A stretch of DNA of 62,730 nt from a virus. Its lineage: Duplodnaviria; Caudoviricetes. The stretch covers positions 1 to 62,730 of IMG/VR virus record IMGVR_UViG_3300044796_000135; one strand, 5' to 3'. The translations under genes were made by a program, and so were the position numbers. Shown here piece after piece: positions 9,614 through 19,641 of this stretch. Position 1 is the first letter of the stretch. Every line of letters starts with the position of its first letter. The notes under the pieces were generated by a model. That model saw only the letters and a list, made by a program, of their open reading frames with translations. It was not told where the DNA came from and did not search any database.

Positions 9614-10471
9614 TCACTTCACCATTCGATCAATGCCAAAGCCAGGTTCATCCCAAACGTCGATGATGAAACGGCCCTTACCGTGAGCAACGGCGCTGTT
9701 GGGGATAACGGCCATGAGGAACGGGTCTGGATTAATGACCACATGCGGTGCGATGGTGTAGTCCGTGACGAGAAACATAACCCTGCCGGCCGTGAAGTTT
9801 TTCTCGACAAGCGCAATCTTCTTGAGCGCGTGGAGCGGCAATGTGCGCGTATAGGCTGGTGACGATGCCGAACGCCAGTCATGAGGGCGCGGCGGGATAA
9901 GAAACGGTTCATCATGGGCCGCTTGCATGAGCCGCACGTTTGATTCGACGTGCACAGAGGTTCCATTTGAATGGGAAACAAACTGACCTCCTCCCCACCT
10001 TTCCTGACTTTGGTTGTACCAACTTTGGAAGGCGTGGCTTTCATAGAAGTCGGATGCCGGCGTAATTCCGGACTGACCATTTCCCCGGTTGCGGTTATCT
10101 ACGGAAGGGCGCCCAAATGTCATCACCGCCTCCGCATCTTTCGGGCGCACCGGGCACCAATGCCAACCAAGGCCCGTCGGGTTATCCTTCGCCGCAATAT
10201 CGTCCATATAGGATACGACCTCTTGATGATTGAATATGGGGAGATCATGCTTGGCGAGGAACAGCCTAAATTCCTCCACGAGAATATCTTGCGCCGGTAG
10301 GCCAATCGCCTCAGCGGTTGCACGATAGTCCGCAATGGCTGTTTCATGCATCGTATTGGTATCAACGCGCGGTTTGATTTTCCTGGGTGCGGTTTCCAGG
10401 CGGGGCTTATCAAGGACCGCGACACTCGCGGCTGCAATCGAAGGCTTGGGGTCAAAAAAGGCCATTGTCAT
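9614..10471 (-). CDS. conserved phage hypothetical protein
   Basis: Long ORF with AGGAG RBS before MTMAFF; C-terminal DPFLMAV...IDVWDEPGF. Confidence 0.7.
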   Translation of the reverse strand: MTMAFFDPKPSIAAASVAVLDKPRLETAPRKIKPRVDTNTMHETAIADYRATAEAIGLPAQDILVEEFRLFLAKHDLPIFNHQEVVSYMDDIAAKDNPTGLGWHWCPVRPKDAEAVMTFGRPSVDNRNRGNGQSGITPASDFYESHAFQSWYNQSQERWGGGQFVSHSNGTSVHVESNVRLMQAAHDEPFLIPPRPHDWRSASSPAYTRTLPLHALKKIALVEKNFTAGRVMFLVTDYTIAPHVVINPDPFLMAVIPNSAVAHGKGRFIIDVWDEPGFGIDRMVK

Positions 10472-10755
10472 TCTCCTGTTAGAGTTAAATCTGAAACAAA
10501 CACCACTGAACCCATGCGAGGACGCACAGAACGCCGACCATGAACGAGTTGATAGCAAGACACGCAATGTGGCCAGTGTGCCAGGAAACCACAGCGAGGA
10601 CGACTCCAGCCAACGCCGCGACCGGACATGTCACGCGCGTGATCTTTACGGAGCGCCGTAGGCTTGGCGGGATTTTCATCTGAAAACCGCATACATAACG
10701 AGCGCCAAGCAGAATATCTCGATGGCGGCGGAAAGTTGTGGACCTATCTCAATTG

Positions 10756-10950
10756 TCATTTCTGCTTCTCCATCATTGCAAACAACTTCGCCACCGGCAC
10801 AGGCATGGGGCGCTCGCCGTGTTCGTAATAGAGATAGGCGCGGAGGCTGATGCCCAGGGCTGTGGCGGCTTCGGGCTGTAGACGGTCGCCGCGCCATGTG
10901 CGGAGGCGGGAGGCTTGAGTCCAGAGGATGGGGGTGGTTGTGGTGGTCAC
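10756..10950 (-). CDS. XRE-family HTH protein
   Basis: LRTWR...QPEAATALGISLRAYLYYEHGER. Confidence 0.8.
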   Translation of the reverse strand: MTTTTTPILWTQASRLRTWRGDRLQPEAATALGISLRAYLYYEHGERPMPVPVAKLFAMMEKQK

Positions 10951-11242
10951 GATGTATCGCCAGCGCGCGTCATATAAGACAGAAGGTATCTCATCGCCTT
11001 TTCACGATCATCACCGAATTGTAGTTGAGCAACGGAAAGCGCGTCGACGCATAGCCACACAAATTCATCGCTCGGGGACTTCCACGTGTCGAGAGCAGCA
11101 TCAACGGCCCCCTGGGCATCAAACAAAGTCTGTGGCGGAACAATTATCTTTCCGTTCACAGCAAACGACGCGCCCATAGAACCCGGATGCCATTTTTCTA
11201 TAACGGCACGGATTAGTTTGTCGCGAATGGGATTGTTATCGC

Positions 11243-11461
11243 TCACGGATCGAACCTCACGCACACCGGACCACACTGGCGGCTGCACTCATCCGTGCGG
11301 TAATGCCGGTGGATCGCCACGCAGCGCAGCCGTTCCTGTTCGCGCTTGGCAAAGCCCCAGCCGCGCACCGGTTCGGCACCGGTGGACAGTTCGTCGCAGC
11401 GGGGACAGCCAGCAGTGCGCCGGCCGAATTTGGGTCCGCCGCAGGTGTGGGTGATGGTCAT
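11243..11461 (-). CDS. small Cys-rich hypothetical protein
   Basis: HTCGGPKFGR...CPRC; AAGG/GGAG upstream. Confidence 0.6.
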   Translation of the reverse strand: MTITHTCGGPKFGRRTAGCPRCDELSTGAEPVRGWGFAKREQERLRCVAIHRHYRTDECSRQCGPVCVRFDP

Positions 11462-11472
11462 GGCCTTAACTC

Positions 11473-12138
11473 CTATTCACGATACGAAATGAGAGAGGCA
11501 TGTCCAGCCAGCGGGCCACCGATCATCAGAGCCGCAAAGAGTGGCCCGAACCACCACGCCCAGCCTTCAAAGCCAGGCTGCGCGGCAATCCACTGGAAGT
11601 ATTCCGGTGACAGCCACGGAGCAGCAAACAGTAGCAATCCGAGTCCGAGAACGATGGCCGCAAGCACCAGTAAGAAGGTCTGGATGAATATCGCACCGCG
11701 TTTGGTGTACTTGTCCGCCAAGTGAGCCGCGACAACCGCCTTGAAGTCCTTGGTCAAGGTGCGATGGCTGAACACATGCGACACGCTAAAGTGCACCAAC
11801 ACCGCGCCTTCCGGGGCTGCGAAGTCATAAGCCGGATCACTGCCGCGACTGCCACCGGTGCCGGGTGAGCGACCGTAAGCCGCTGAGCCATCCGGCAGTA
11901 AGTACGAATCGACGCTGTAAGCCATGTCGATCATGCCATCGAACCGACCACCGCAGAACGGCTGAATAACCGCATCGACGGCCTTAGAGCCGGGCCCATC
12001 GGTATAGTCCACGTCGATTGAAGATCCGCCGCTATACGACTTAGAGCGGACGGAAAACTTCACGCTCGGGAACTTCGCCTTAAGCTGCTTGCGGATCAGT
12101 GCGGCGGTTTCGGTGGTGGAGATGTAGCGCTTTTCCAT
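11473..12138 (-). CDS. LPD29-like (large polyvalent protein-associated) domain fused to a 2-TM C-terminus
   Basis: TAALIRKQLKAKFPSVKFSVRS..YSGGSSIDV.YTDGP...FDGMID; hydrophobic tail. Confidence 0.75.
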   Translation of the reverse strand: MEKRYISTTETAALIRKQLKAKFPSVKFSVRSKSYSGGSSIDVDYTDGPGSKAVDAVIQPFCGGRFDGMIDMAYSVDSYLLPDGSAAYGRSPGTGGSRGSDPAYDFAAPEGAVLVHFSVSHVFSHRTLTKDFKAVVAAHLADKYTKRGAIFIQTFLLVLAAIVLGLGLLLFAAPWLSPEYFQWIAAQPGFEGWAWWFGPLFAALMIGGPLAGHASLISYRE

Positions 12139-12329
12139 TACGCAGCCCTCCCTTCGCCAAGTCGGCCCCACACCAGCAGGTTTGCCAGTTGGTTGGCGCG
12201 CACGGTGTTGACCAGGCGGTAGGTCATGCGGCAAGCGGCTGTCGTGCCCCAGCGGCATTCCTTGGTGAACCGGTAGCCAGCGGCTGCGAGGACCGGAGCG
12301 ACGATGTAGGCTGCGATTGTGCGGATCAT
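12138..12329 (-). CDS. hypothetical protein
   Basis: GGGGA RBS; stop overlaps next start. Confidence 0.55.
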   Translation of the reverse strand: MIRTIAAYIVAPVLAAAGYRFTKECRWGTTAACRMTYRLVNTVRANQLANLLVWGRLGEGRAA

Positions 12330-12501
12330 TTTAGTTCCCCTTGGTCTATCCCGTCCGGCACCATCGCCTGACACACAGACCATACCGAAAGCGCATACGG
12401 TGCGCAATGCATTTCGTGCACTTTGGGGAAGTTTTGTGTAACAGGATGTGGCCCCCGATCCTGCTTGAAAATTGTTCCCGACATAATGATACGGTTTTTC
12501 C

Positions 12502-12529
12502 TTGACGTACCGAAACGTGCAGGTAACAT
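12502..12529 (+). promoter_or_regulatory. putative rightward promoter for the replication genes
   Basis: TTGACG-N16-TAACAT; TACCGAAA repeated at ~12383 and ~12508. Confidence 0.5.
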
Positions 12530-12575
12530 GTGCGCGCACTTCATGCAATGACTTTTCATCACTATCGGTGGGGCA

Positions 12576-12767
12576 ATGAACGAGACAAAACCACTACCCG
12601 TGGATGTCGGCGGGGATTCAACCTTTCTTCAATGCAAGATCGATGCTGACCTGGATGCACGCCTTACGGCATCTCAACAACGCCATGGGTTCACGCGAAG
12701 TGCATTTTTGCGGCTCGCGCTGGTTGAGCGGCTGGAAAAGTACGAGCAATTGGATGGGGGGCAGTAA
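12576..12767 (+). CDS. ribbon-helix-helix (CopG-like) regulator
   Basis: LQCKIDADLDARL...HGFTRSAFLRLAL pattern. Confidence 0.7.
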   Translation: MNETKPLPVDVGGDSTFLQCKIDADLDARLTASQQRHGFTRSAFLRLALVERLEKYEQLDGGQ

Positions 12768-12769
12768 AT

Positions 12770-13102
12770 ATGAAAATCTCGAATTTTCCAGCGCTTAAGA
12801 ATCTATTAAGCCAGCGCAATGATATTTCTACACTCCGCAAGAATTTAACGTCTATTTGGAATAGTGATTGGGCTGACCCGTACAACCGATTTCAGGCCCG
12901 AATCGACTTAAGCCAACAGCGTAGTATTAAAAATATCTGTGTTATTGAATTGACAGCAAGCGAACGCGCTCCGTTTTTTGCTGCCATGGAGACGGTTCTG
13001 CAGGAAAGAGACAATAGGATTTGTCATCAGATATCTGCATTGGGAGTGGATTTAGAAGAGACTGCGGTGGTGATCCCAATCTCTATTCACGATAAGAAAT
13101 AG
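12770..13102 (+). CDS. hypothetical protein (AT-rich)
   Basis: ORF between regulator and helicase. Confidence 0.55.
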   Translation: MKISNFPALKNLLSQRNDISTLRKNLTSIWNSDWADPYNRFQARIDLSQQRSIKNICVIELTASERAPFFAAMETVLQERDNRICHQISALGVDLEETAVVIPISIHDKK

Positions 13103-13123
13103 ACATATTAGAGAGCCGCCATT

Positions 13124-14644
13124 ATGGCGCGCAATCCTCCTGATTTGGATATTGACATCGCTGATCCTCGCAGCGATGTGCCCATATTTGGCGATCAACC
13201 CGGCATTAATTTAAATAAGCCACTTCATAAATTAAATGGCCATGCGCCTGCGGCCGATATTATTACAGTCATTGACCCGCGCGCGCCGTTAGATATAGCC
13301 CATCTCTTTGTTAATCAACACTTTACTAATGAAATTGGACGCACGCTCCAACATCAACAAAGCGTCTTTACCAGGTGGATCGGAACGGTTTATCGGGAAT
13401 ATTCGAATGAGGAAGTCAGGGCGCGGCTTTATAATTTCCTGGAAAAAATATTTATTCAGGACAAAAAGGGATTAAAGCCATTTAAACCAACATCCCGCAC
13501 CGTCAGCGACGTTCTCGACTCGTTGCGTGCCGCCTGTCAGCTTGCGGGAGAACTGCGCCAGCCTGCTTGGCTTTTATCATCGCCCGCGCCGGCTGTAGCG
13601 TCTGAAATAATCGCCTGCCAGAACGGTTTGCTGCACTTGCCATCCGGCAAGCTTTTCCGCCATACACCAGCGTTCTGGAGCAATACGGTCCTCCCCTATA
13701 ATTATGACCCCAAAGCGGGTGAACCTCAATATTGGTACGACTTTCTCACCTCGATTTGGGAAGATGACCGCGCGGCCATTGATACGCTGCAGGAAATATT
13801 TGGCTACCTCCTAGGTAGCAACACCGATCAGCAGAAAATACCCCTCGTGGTTGGCCCAAAGCGCAGCGGCAAGGGCACCATCGCCCGCACACTAACGGCC
13901 ATGGTCGGCCCTGACGCCGTGGCTTCGCCAACGCTGCCAAGCCTCGAAGGCCAGTTCGGCATAGCCCCGCTCTTGGGTAAATCCATTGCGCTTATCTCGG
14001 ACGCCAGGCTTGGCGGACGTGCCGATCAGCAGGTTGTAGCCGAACGTTTGCTCTCAATCAGCGGTGAGGATTCGCAGACCGTCAACCGCAAGCATCTGGA
14101 CGCATGGTCCGGAAAGCTGGGAACACGGTTTTTTATCATGACAAACGAACTCCCCCGCATTACCGACGCGTCCGGCGCGCTTGCTTCAAGGTTTCTCATT
14201 CTCACGATGACAAAAAGCTTTTTAGGCCAAGAAGATCACGACTTAACTAATAAACTCCTCGCAGAACTGCCCGGCATTCTAAATTGGGCCATTATCGGCT
14301 GGCGCCGTCTCAAGGATAATGGGCGCTTTATGCAGCCGGCATCCTCGAATGAAGCCATGCAAGAACTCGAGGATCTGAGCAGTCCGACCAGCGCCTTCGT
14401 GCGTGAATGCTGCGATATCGCCCCCGGCAAACTCGCCACCCCCACCGAACTCTACGCCGCATGGCAGACATGGTGCGCCGAACAGGGGCGGAAATATGAA
14501 GGCGCGAAAAGCGTGTTTTGTCGTGACCTGCGATCCGCGTTCCCGTGGCTTACCCTCACACAAACCGGTGATGACCGTTCGCGGAAGTACCAGGGCATCG
14601 CGTTGAAACCAGAGCGCGTAATATCATCGGGATTTGGTTACTAG
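13124..14644 (+). CDS. D5/P4-family primase-associated SF3 helicase
   Basis: ACQNGLL (D5_N), Walker A GPKRSGKGT, ISD, TNELP, winged-helix C-terminus. Confidence 0.92.
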   Translation: MARNPPDLDIDIADPRSDVPIFGDQPGINLNKPLHKLNGHAPAADIITVIDPRAPLDIAHLFVNQHFTNEIGRTLQHQQSVFTRWIGTVYREYSNEEVRARLYNFLEKIFIQDKKGLKPFKPTSRTVSDVLDSLRAACQLAGELRQPAWLLSSPAPAVASEIIACQNGLLHLPSGKLFRHTPAFWSNTVLPYNYDPKAGEPQYWYDFLTSIWEDDRAAIDTLQEIFGYLLGSNTDQQKIPLVVGPKRSGKGTIARTLTAMVGPDAVASPTLPSLEGQFGIAPLLGKSIALISDARLGGRADQQVVAERLLSISGEDSQTVNRKHLDAWSGKLGTRFFIMTNELPRITDASGALASRFLILTMTKSFLGQEDHDLTNKLLAELPGILNWAIIGWRRLKDNGRFMQPASSNEAMQELEDLSSPTSAFVRECCDIAPGKLATPTELYAAWQTWCAEQGRKYEGAKSVFCRDLRSAFPWLTLTQTGDDRSRKYQGIALKPERVISSGFGY

Positions 14645-14665
14645 GGTTGTGGTTTTTGTTCCAAA

Positions 14666-14778
14666 CACGGGGTAACACGCGTGTATTTCCATTGCAGGAC
14701 GAGTATTCGAAAAGGTTAATAAAAGAGATAGTATATGGTGCAGTGGTCAAACACGCGTGTTATCGCGTGTACCCCGTG
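14666..14778. promoter_or_regulatory. probable replication origin
   Basis: Inverted repeat CACGGGGTA(A)CACGCG / CGCGTGTACCCCGTG and two ACACGCGTGT palindromes around an AT-rich spacer, right after the helicase. Confidence 0.55.
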
Positions 14779-14785
14779 CGTAACT

Positions 14786-15121
14786 TTATTGCGCGGACTT
14801 CTTCGGACGCCCGTTTTTCGGACGCAGTTCCGGAGGCGGATCGTAAGGCCCGGCGTTGAGACAGGACTGCAACAGCGCAGACCCAGCAGCACCGGTGTCA
14901 ATCCGATTCCCGTGGTAAGTCCGAGAGGGGAAGTTCCGTGACCAATGCTTGTGGTCCGGGATCATCGTCAGCAGCGTAGGCTGATTGAACAGCTCCCATG
15001 TGCGGTAAAGCTTAACCTGACCACGGATCAGGAATGCATACCGAACCTCACAATGCGGCGTATCAACGTAGCCAAGGGGGGTGAATAGAGGTTCTGCTGG
15101 CATTGGACTGGCTGGCTCCAC
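14786..15121 (-). CDS. hypothetical protein
   Basis: Isolated ORF with plausible composition. Confidence 0.55.
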   Translation of the reverse strand: MEPASPMPAEPLFTPLGYVDTPHCEVRYAFLIRGQVKLYRTWELFNQPTLLTMIPDHKHWSRNFPSRTYHGNRIDTGAAGSALLQSCLNAGPYDPPPELRPKNGRPKKSAQ

Positions 15122-15206
15122 GCGCGACGATAGCCACCGACGTAGCCGGCTGTCAATCTCCGCATTGTCTATCGACTTAGTAGGGAATAGGCAAACGGCT
15201 GTGTGT

Positions 15207-15355
15207 TATCAATGGCTTAGCAAAGTGGCGTGGTGCTTAGTCGCTGGCGATCCGGCCCACTACATCTAGTGGCGCGCGGCACTTGGCAGTTGTGAACAAT
15301 CGGGACAGGCCGATCCGCGCAGCACACTGGAAGTGTAAGCAATATAAATGGCTTA
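15207..15355. promoter_or_regulatory. two IHF-consensus sites in a long non-coding region
   Basis: TATCAATGGCTTA (15207-15219) matches WATCAANNNNTTR exactly; TATAAATGGCTTA (15343-15355) has one mismatch. Confidence 0.55.
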
Positions 15356-15642
15356 ACTATATGGCAGCAATTCTGATCCACCGGCCCGGGGTGGGACCTT
15401 GTTCGACCTGCACAGGGAGTTCCAGTATGGCTGCTAGCCCGACCGCGACTGTTTCCATCCCTAAATCCATTCAACTGCTGAAAAAATTTTACAGTTCCAA
15501 ATCAGTCTGACCCTGTGCTATAGCAAATCACCTACAGTGCAGGAGAATGATGGAATGAAGCCGGTTGCGCCCCATCTCCCGACACGGTAGATTGTCCCCA
15601 TCGCCCGAACAGACTGGCGCATTCATGGCCAAGGAGTTTGGC

Positions 15643-16077
15643 ATGTACGATTTCGCCGTGTTCATCGGCAGGTTCCAACCTTTCCACAATGGCCACAAGG
15701 CGGTGATTGATCACGGGTTGACCGTGGCGCGTCATGTGCTGGTGCTGATCGGGTCCGCTGGTGCCGCGCGCCGGCCACGTAATCCGTGGTCTGCGTTCAA
15801 GGCGCAGATTGCCAAGACGGGTGGAACGTTGGTGGAGCGCCCAGACTCCGGCGATCCGGTACAGGTGCTGATTGATGTGATTAAGCTTCTGATGAAAGAG
15901 CACGGCCACACGGTTAACTCAAAGGGCTGCGCTGTACTGCCTGACTACATCCGCGCCATCCAGGGCGATGAAAGATTAGGTCATCAATATCAATTACTGG
16001 ATAGTCTGTGGACTGGAGCGGTGACGGAATACCTTGGCAGGATCGGACTTGTCCGATGCGTCTACCGATTTCCATAA
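15643..16077 (+). pseudogene. chimeric NMNAT (NadM-type) N-terminus fused to an internal NAMPT (NadV) fragment
   Basis: FIGRFQPFHNGH...IGS...RNPW followed directly by GGTLVERPDSGDP...TVNSKG..VLP..IRAIQGD; AAGGAG RBS. Confidence 0.8.
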
Positions 16078-16083
16078 GAAACG

Positions 16084-16150
16084 GGCGTGTTTGGTTTTGG
16101 AAGCCAAACACGCCCGCCCTGCTTCTAGACCGCCGTACGCTCGGCTAGAA
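16084..16150. terminator. two adjacent hairpins, possible terminator
   Basis: GGGCGTGTTTGG...CCAAACACGCCC 12-bp stem, then TTCTAG...CTAGAA; no clear U-tract. Confidence 0.45.
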
Positions 16151-16266
16151 ATCCTTGCCACCCGCTACGATTGCTAATCCAGGTTGACGTACAAAATCCG
16201 GCAACGCGGACTGATGAAACACCGGGCCGTAGCCATGGCGCTCAGGAAACTGATGGGAGTGAAGAA

Positions 16267-19181
16267 GTGAAGGCTGACCCCACACAACGCTGCATCATCC
16301 CAGTTCAAGTTGAATACGGTTTCCCGGAAGACTTCAGCGAATGGCCGTTGTGGTCTCAGGGTATTTTGGAATCCGTGCCCGGGGAATGCGGCAAGAATTG
16401 GACCTATAAGATCCATGGTAACGTTGATAATTATGACTCTAGTTATGGCGAACTTGAAAATATGGAGATTGTGATTTCCTATGACCGGCTTGAGTCTGAC
16501 GATGAAATGAACGCGCGATTGAAGTCAGAAGATGCGGCTCGGGCTCAGAAGGAAATCAATGCCGAAACTGCAGCGATAAAACGCGAACAAAAAGACCGTG
16601 AAGAATATTTTCGTCTGCGACAAAAATATGGTGATGCATGACCAACCAAGACAAATCCGCCGTACTGCCCAGCCACGGTATGCACGCACTGAACCCCAAG
16701 CGCCTGCAATCCACGCCTGGAACCGCGCGCAAGCCGCTCACTACCGAGCAAAAGAAACTTCGCCGTCACGCACGCCGACAGCGCAACGTCGCCCATGACG
16801 CAGTGCTGGTAAACCTGCGCAGTTATCGCCACAATCAGCTTATTGCCGAGACGCGCTTTCCAGCCACACGCAAGAACCGCAAGGTTCACGCGCCGTGGCA
16901 GCCAGAGCATACAGTATGGACGAATTCCGCCACGGGACTGCGGTACAGCAAGACAGCACGGAAGGCAGCCTAAACTGTGCTCCGTAACACCAGCCCCTTC
17001 TGGAAACTCCCCGAGAACGCCGAGATGCTGAATCGATTATATCTCACGGCGTCTTGGCAGGAACTGCTCGCCGCCTTCCCAGGCAAGAGCAAGGTCGCGA
17101 TCCACAACGCGGCCAAGCGGCTCGGGTATCGTCGCATCGCCGTGTGCGTGGACAATGTTGCCAAAGACCCGTTGATGAAGGCATTGCAACAGCGCCGTAT
17201 TGCACTGGGTCTTTCACAAGTCGCGCTGAGTGTGCAGTTAGGATATGCGCGGAAGTTCGTGCAGGAGTGCGAATCGGGCCATAAAAATCTTAGTATCACG
17301 GCGCTCCGAAAATGGGCGAAGGCGCTTGGTATGGTGCTGGTAGCTGCCGTGCCGCAGACGCGGGCTGCCGTGGTGAGCGCGATGCAGGAGCAGGCGCGGT
17401 TGGATATGGCGGAGTGGCAGCGGCGGAGGGTGGCGTGACAAAAATTGAAATCACGGCGGATATGGTGATTCGCGCACGTGAATATATGAAGCGGGTTGGC
17501 ATGTGCGCGGTCGGCCCGGGTGGATTGGATAAGTTGCTTGACGCCGCCCTCAACCCTCCGCCAGAACCCGAGATTGTGGTGACGAATGAGATGTTTGAAT
17601 CTGGCATGCGGGCGTCCTTTGATTCTACTAACTGGATTGTTGCCATCTACAGAGCCATGCGCGTGCTGGAGCCACAACCGATGCAATACAAGGCCCGCAT
17701 GGTAGTTGATGGAGGAACCGCGCACTGCCGCAAAGAAGATCGTCGTGAATGTCAGCCCAACCACGTCCACTGCCGCAAGGATGATTCGTAATGACCGACG
17801 AACCCATGACGTTCAAGCAACAATCTGAGAACCTTCTCCAGATGCTGGAAAAGACGAGCGATGAACACGTGCGCCACATCCTTGTCGAAGAAACGCTGAA
17901 AATTATGTACGCATGGGGCAAGAACGGCGTGCCTGTGAAGGGTGGGCCATGACAATCGCCACGTGCCCGAAATGCTACGTACAATATGATACTGCGCCCG
18001 GAACACTCATCCATTGTTTGATGGAAGACGTGCGCGATTGTGGGATTCGTAGTGAGGCAAAAATGAGCGACGAAGAGCCACTTCCCGAAGAACTCGCCGA
18101 ACGCATAGCCAAGACGCCTCGCTGGAAGACGGAGAAGCCCTGCGCCAGTTGATGGTGCTTCTTCTCAAAGAGATGAGTTTCCTTGGCAACGTCCTCATCA
18201 GCATTGACGAGAAGCTTGAGGGCGTCCCGGATGGGGAGCGGATACATTGACCGAGCCCATACACACCGAACACCGGCTTACGGCCACTCAATACCCCGAA
18301 TCCAAATGGGGCGTTGTCCACGTCTGCGAATGCCCCGTTCCCGGCAGGCCGATGATCATGTCCTATAAGATCGGGACCGGTGTATTCGAGGGTACGGCGC
18401 TGGCTTGTAGTGCCTGTGGAAAATGGCAGCGGTAGGGAGTATGCTGGCGACATGAAGCCGCAAGTCCAAGTCGTCTACGATGAGAATATCCCCGACGGGG
18501 CCATGGTCGGGCATGATGAGTATGACGACGTGATTGTGGCTGTGGAATACGCGCCGATATTCCGCTACGTGACTGGCTGCGCTGCCGACGAAGACTTCGT
18601 GCGCACATGGCATGTCTCGGCTGGCTACGTGCGTAGGCTCGCGGCGTTGCAGGCTTGGGCGCGACTGGGCTGGGCGTGTGGAGGAAATGCGTGATGGATA
18701 GCTATGCTGACGCGCCCACTTCGATCACTGAAGCAAAATCCTGTAAACTACATGATGGCAGTTTGTGGACGCCGCGCGATGCCATAATCTCTGTATTGCG
18801 AGACATCGACGCGGGTAAAATCAAAGTTAAGAATGTGGCGATTTGTTTGACGGTTGAAGACGATGATGGCGATGTAGCAACGGAGCACGTTGCTGCTTAT
18901 AAGACGCGCCTTGAACTTCTGGGAACCATCATCAAAACCATGAACTGGGTTAGCGGTAAGGAGCCGTGATGGAACGTCTCGTTGAAACGACATCCATCGG
19001 CGATGAACTTTATCTCGGAGAGTGGTCATCCTGGTATGCGTGGTATCCGGTCATGATTGAGGACAAGTTAGTTTGGCTCAGTCATATTGAGCGGCGGCAC
19101 TATCGTATCAGAATGTTTCCGTTCATCCATGCCATGTGTCATTTCAGTGGCTGGCACCATCGGGAGATCGCCAGTGGTTAA
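16267..19181 (+). other. run of small hypothetical genes, including an XRE-HTH protein (16977-17438)
   Basis: Coupled plus-strand ORFs; RRIALGLSQVALSVQLGY...ESG HTH motif. Confidence 0.6.
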
Positions 19182-19641
19182 CTTCCCCACCGATCCACTC
19201 GACCCCAACTCCGACGCCATCTTCGCCGCAACCTACCTCAAAACCGGTGATGCCGCCGAAGCCTGCCAACGCGCGGGCCTCGCCAACTTCATGCAGGATA
19301 TCCGCGTCACGGCTGAGGAACAATTGCATCGCCCTGAGATTCAGGCGCTCCTGAAAACCATGGGCGAACTGATGCCGGTCGGCGACGTGGAAATAACACG
19401 CGAGTATGTGGTCACGTCGCTTGAGCGCATCCACAAGTCCGCTACCAATGATAAGCAATACCAGAGCGCCATCGCTGCGTTGAAGGTTCTGGCGCAGGTC
19501 AATGGCTATCTGGACACCACCGTGAACGTGAACCACCGCCTTGATCTCACCAACATGACCGATGCCCAACTTGCCAAGATCGCGGCGGGAAAGGCGATTG
19601 AGGGTGAGTTCAAGCAGATCACACAGGAGACGCGCGCATGA
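19174..19641 (+). CDS. terS: terminase small subunit
   Basis: FAATYLKTGDAAEACQRAG...LHRPEIQ...ITREYVV..L...AIAALKVLA...MTDAQL; GTG start after GGGAG. Confidence 0.75.
   Translation: MVNFPTDPLDPNSDAIFAATYLKTGDAAEACQRAGLANFMQDIRVTAEEQLHRPEIQALLKTMGELMPVGDVEITREYVVTSLERIHKSATNDKQYQSAIAALKVLAQVNGYLDTTVNVNHRLDLTNMTDAQLAKIAAGKAIEGEFKQITQETRA

Noticed and set aside
15643-16077. Functional NAD biosynthesis gene
   Set aside because: Both enzyme segments are only about 50-60 aa fragments.
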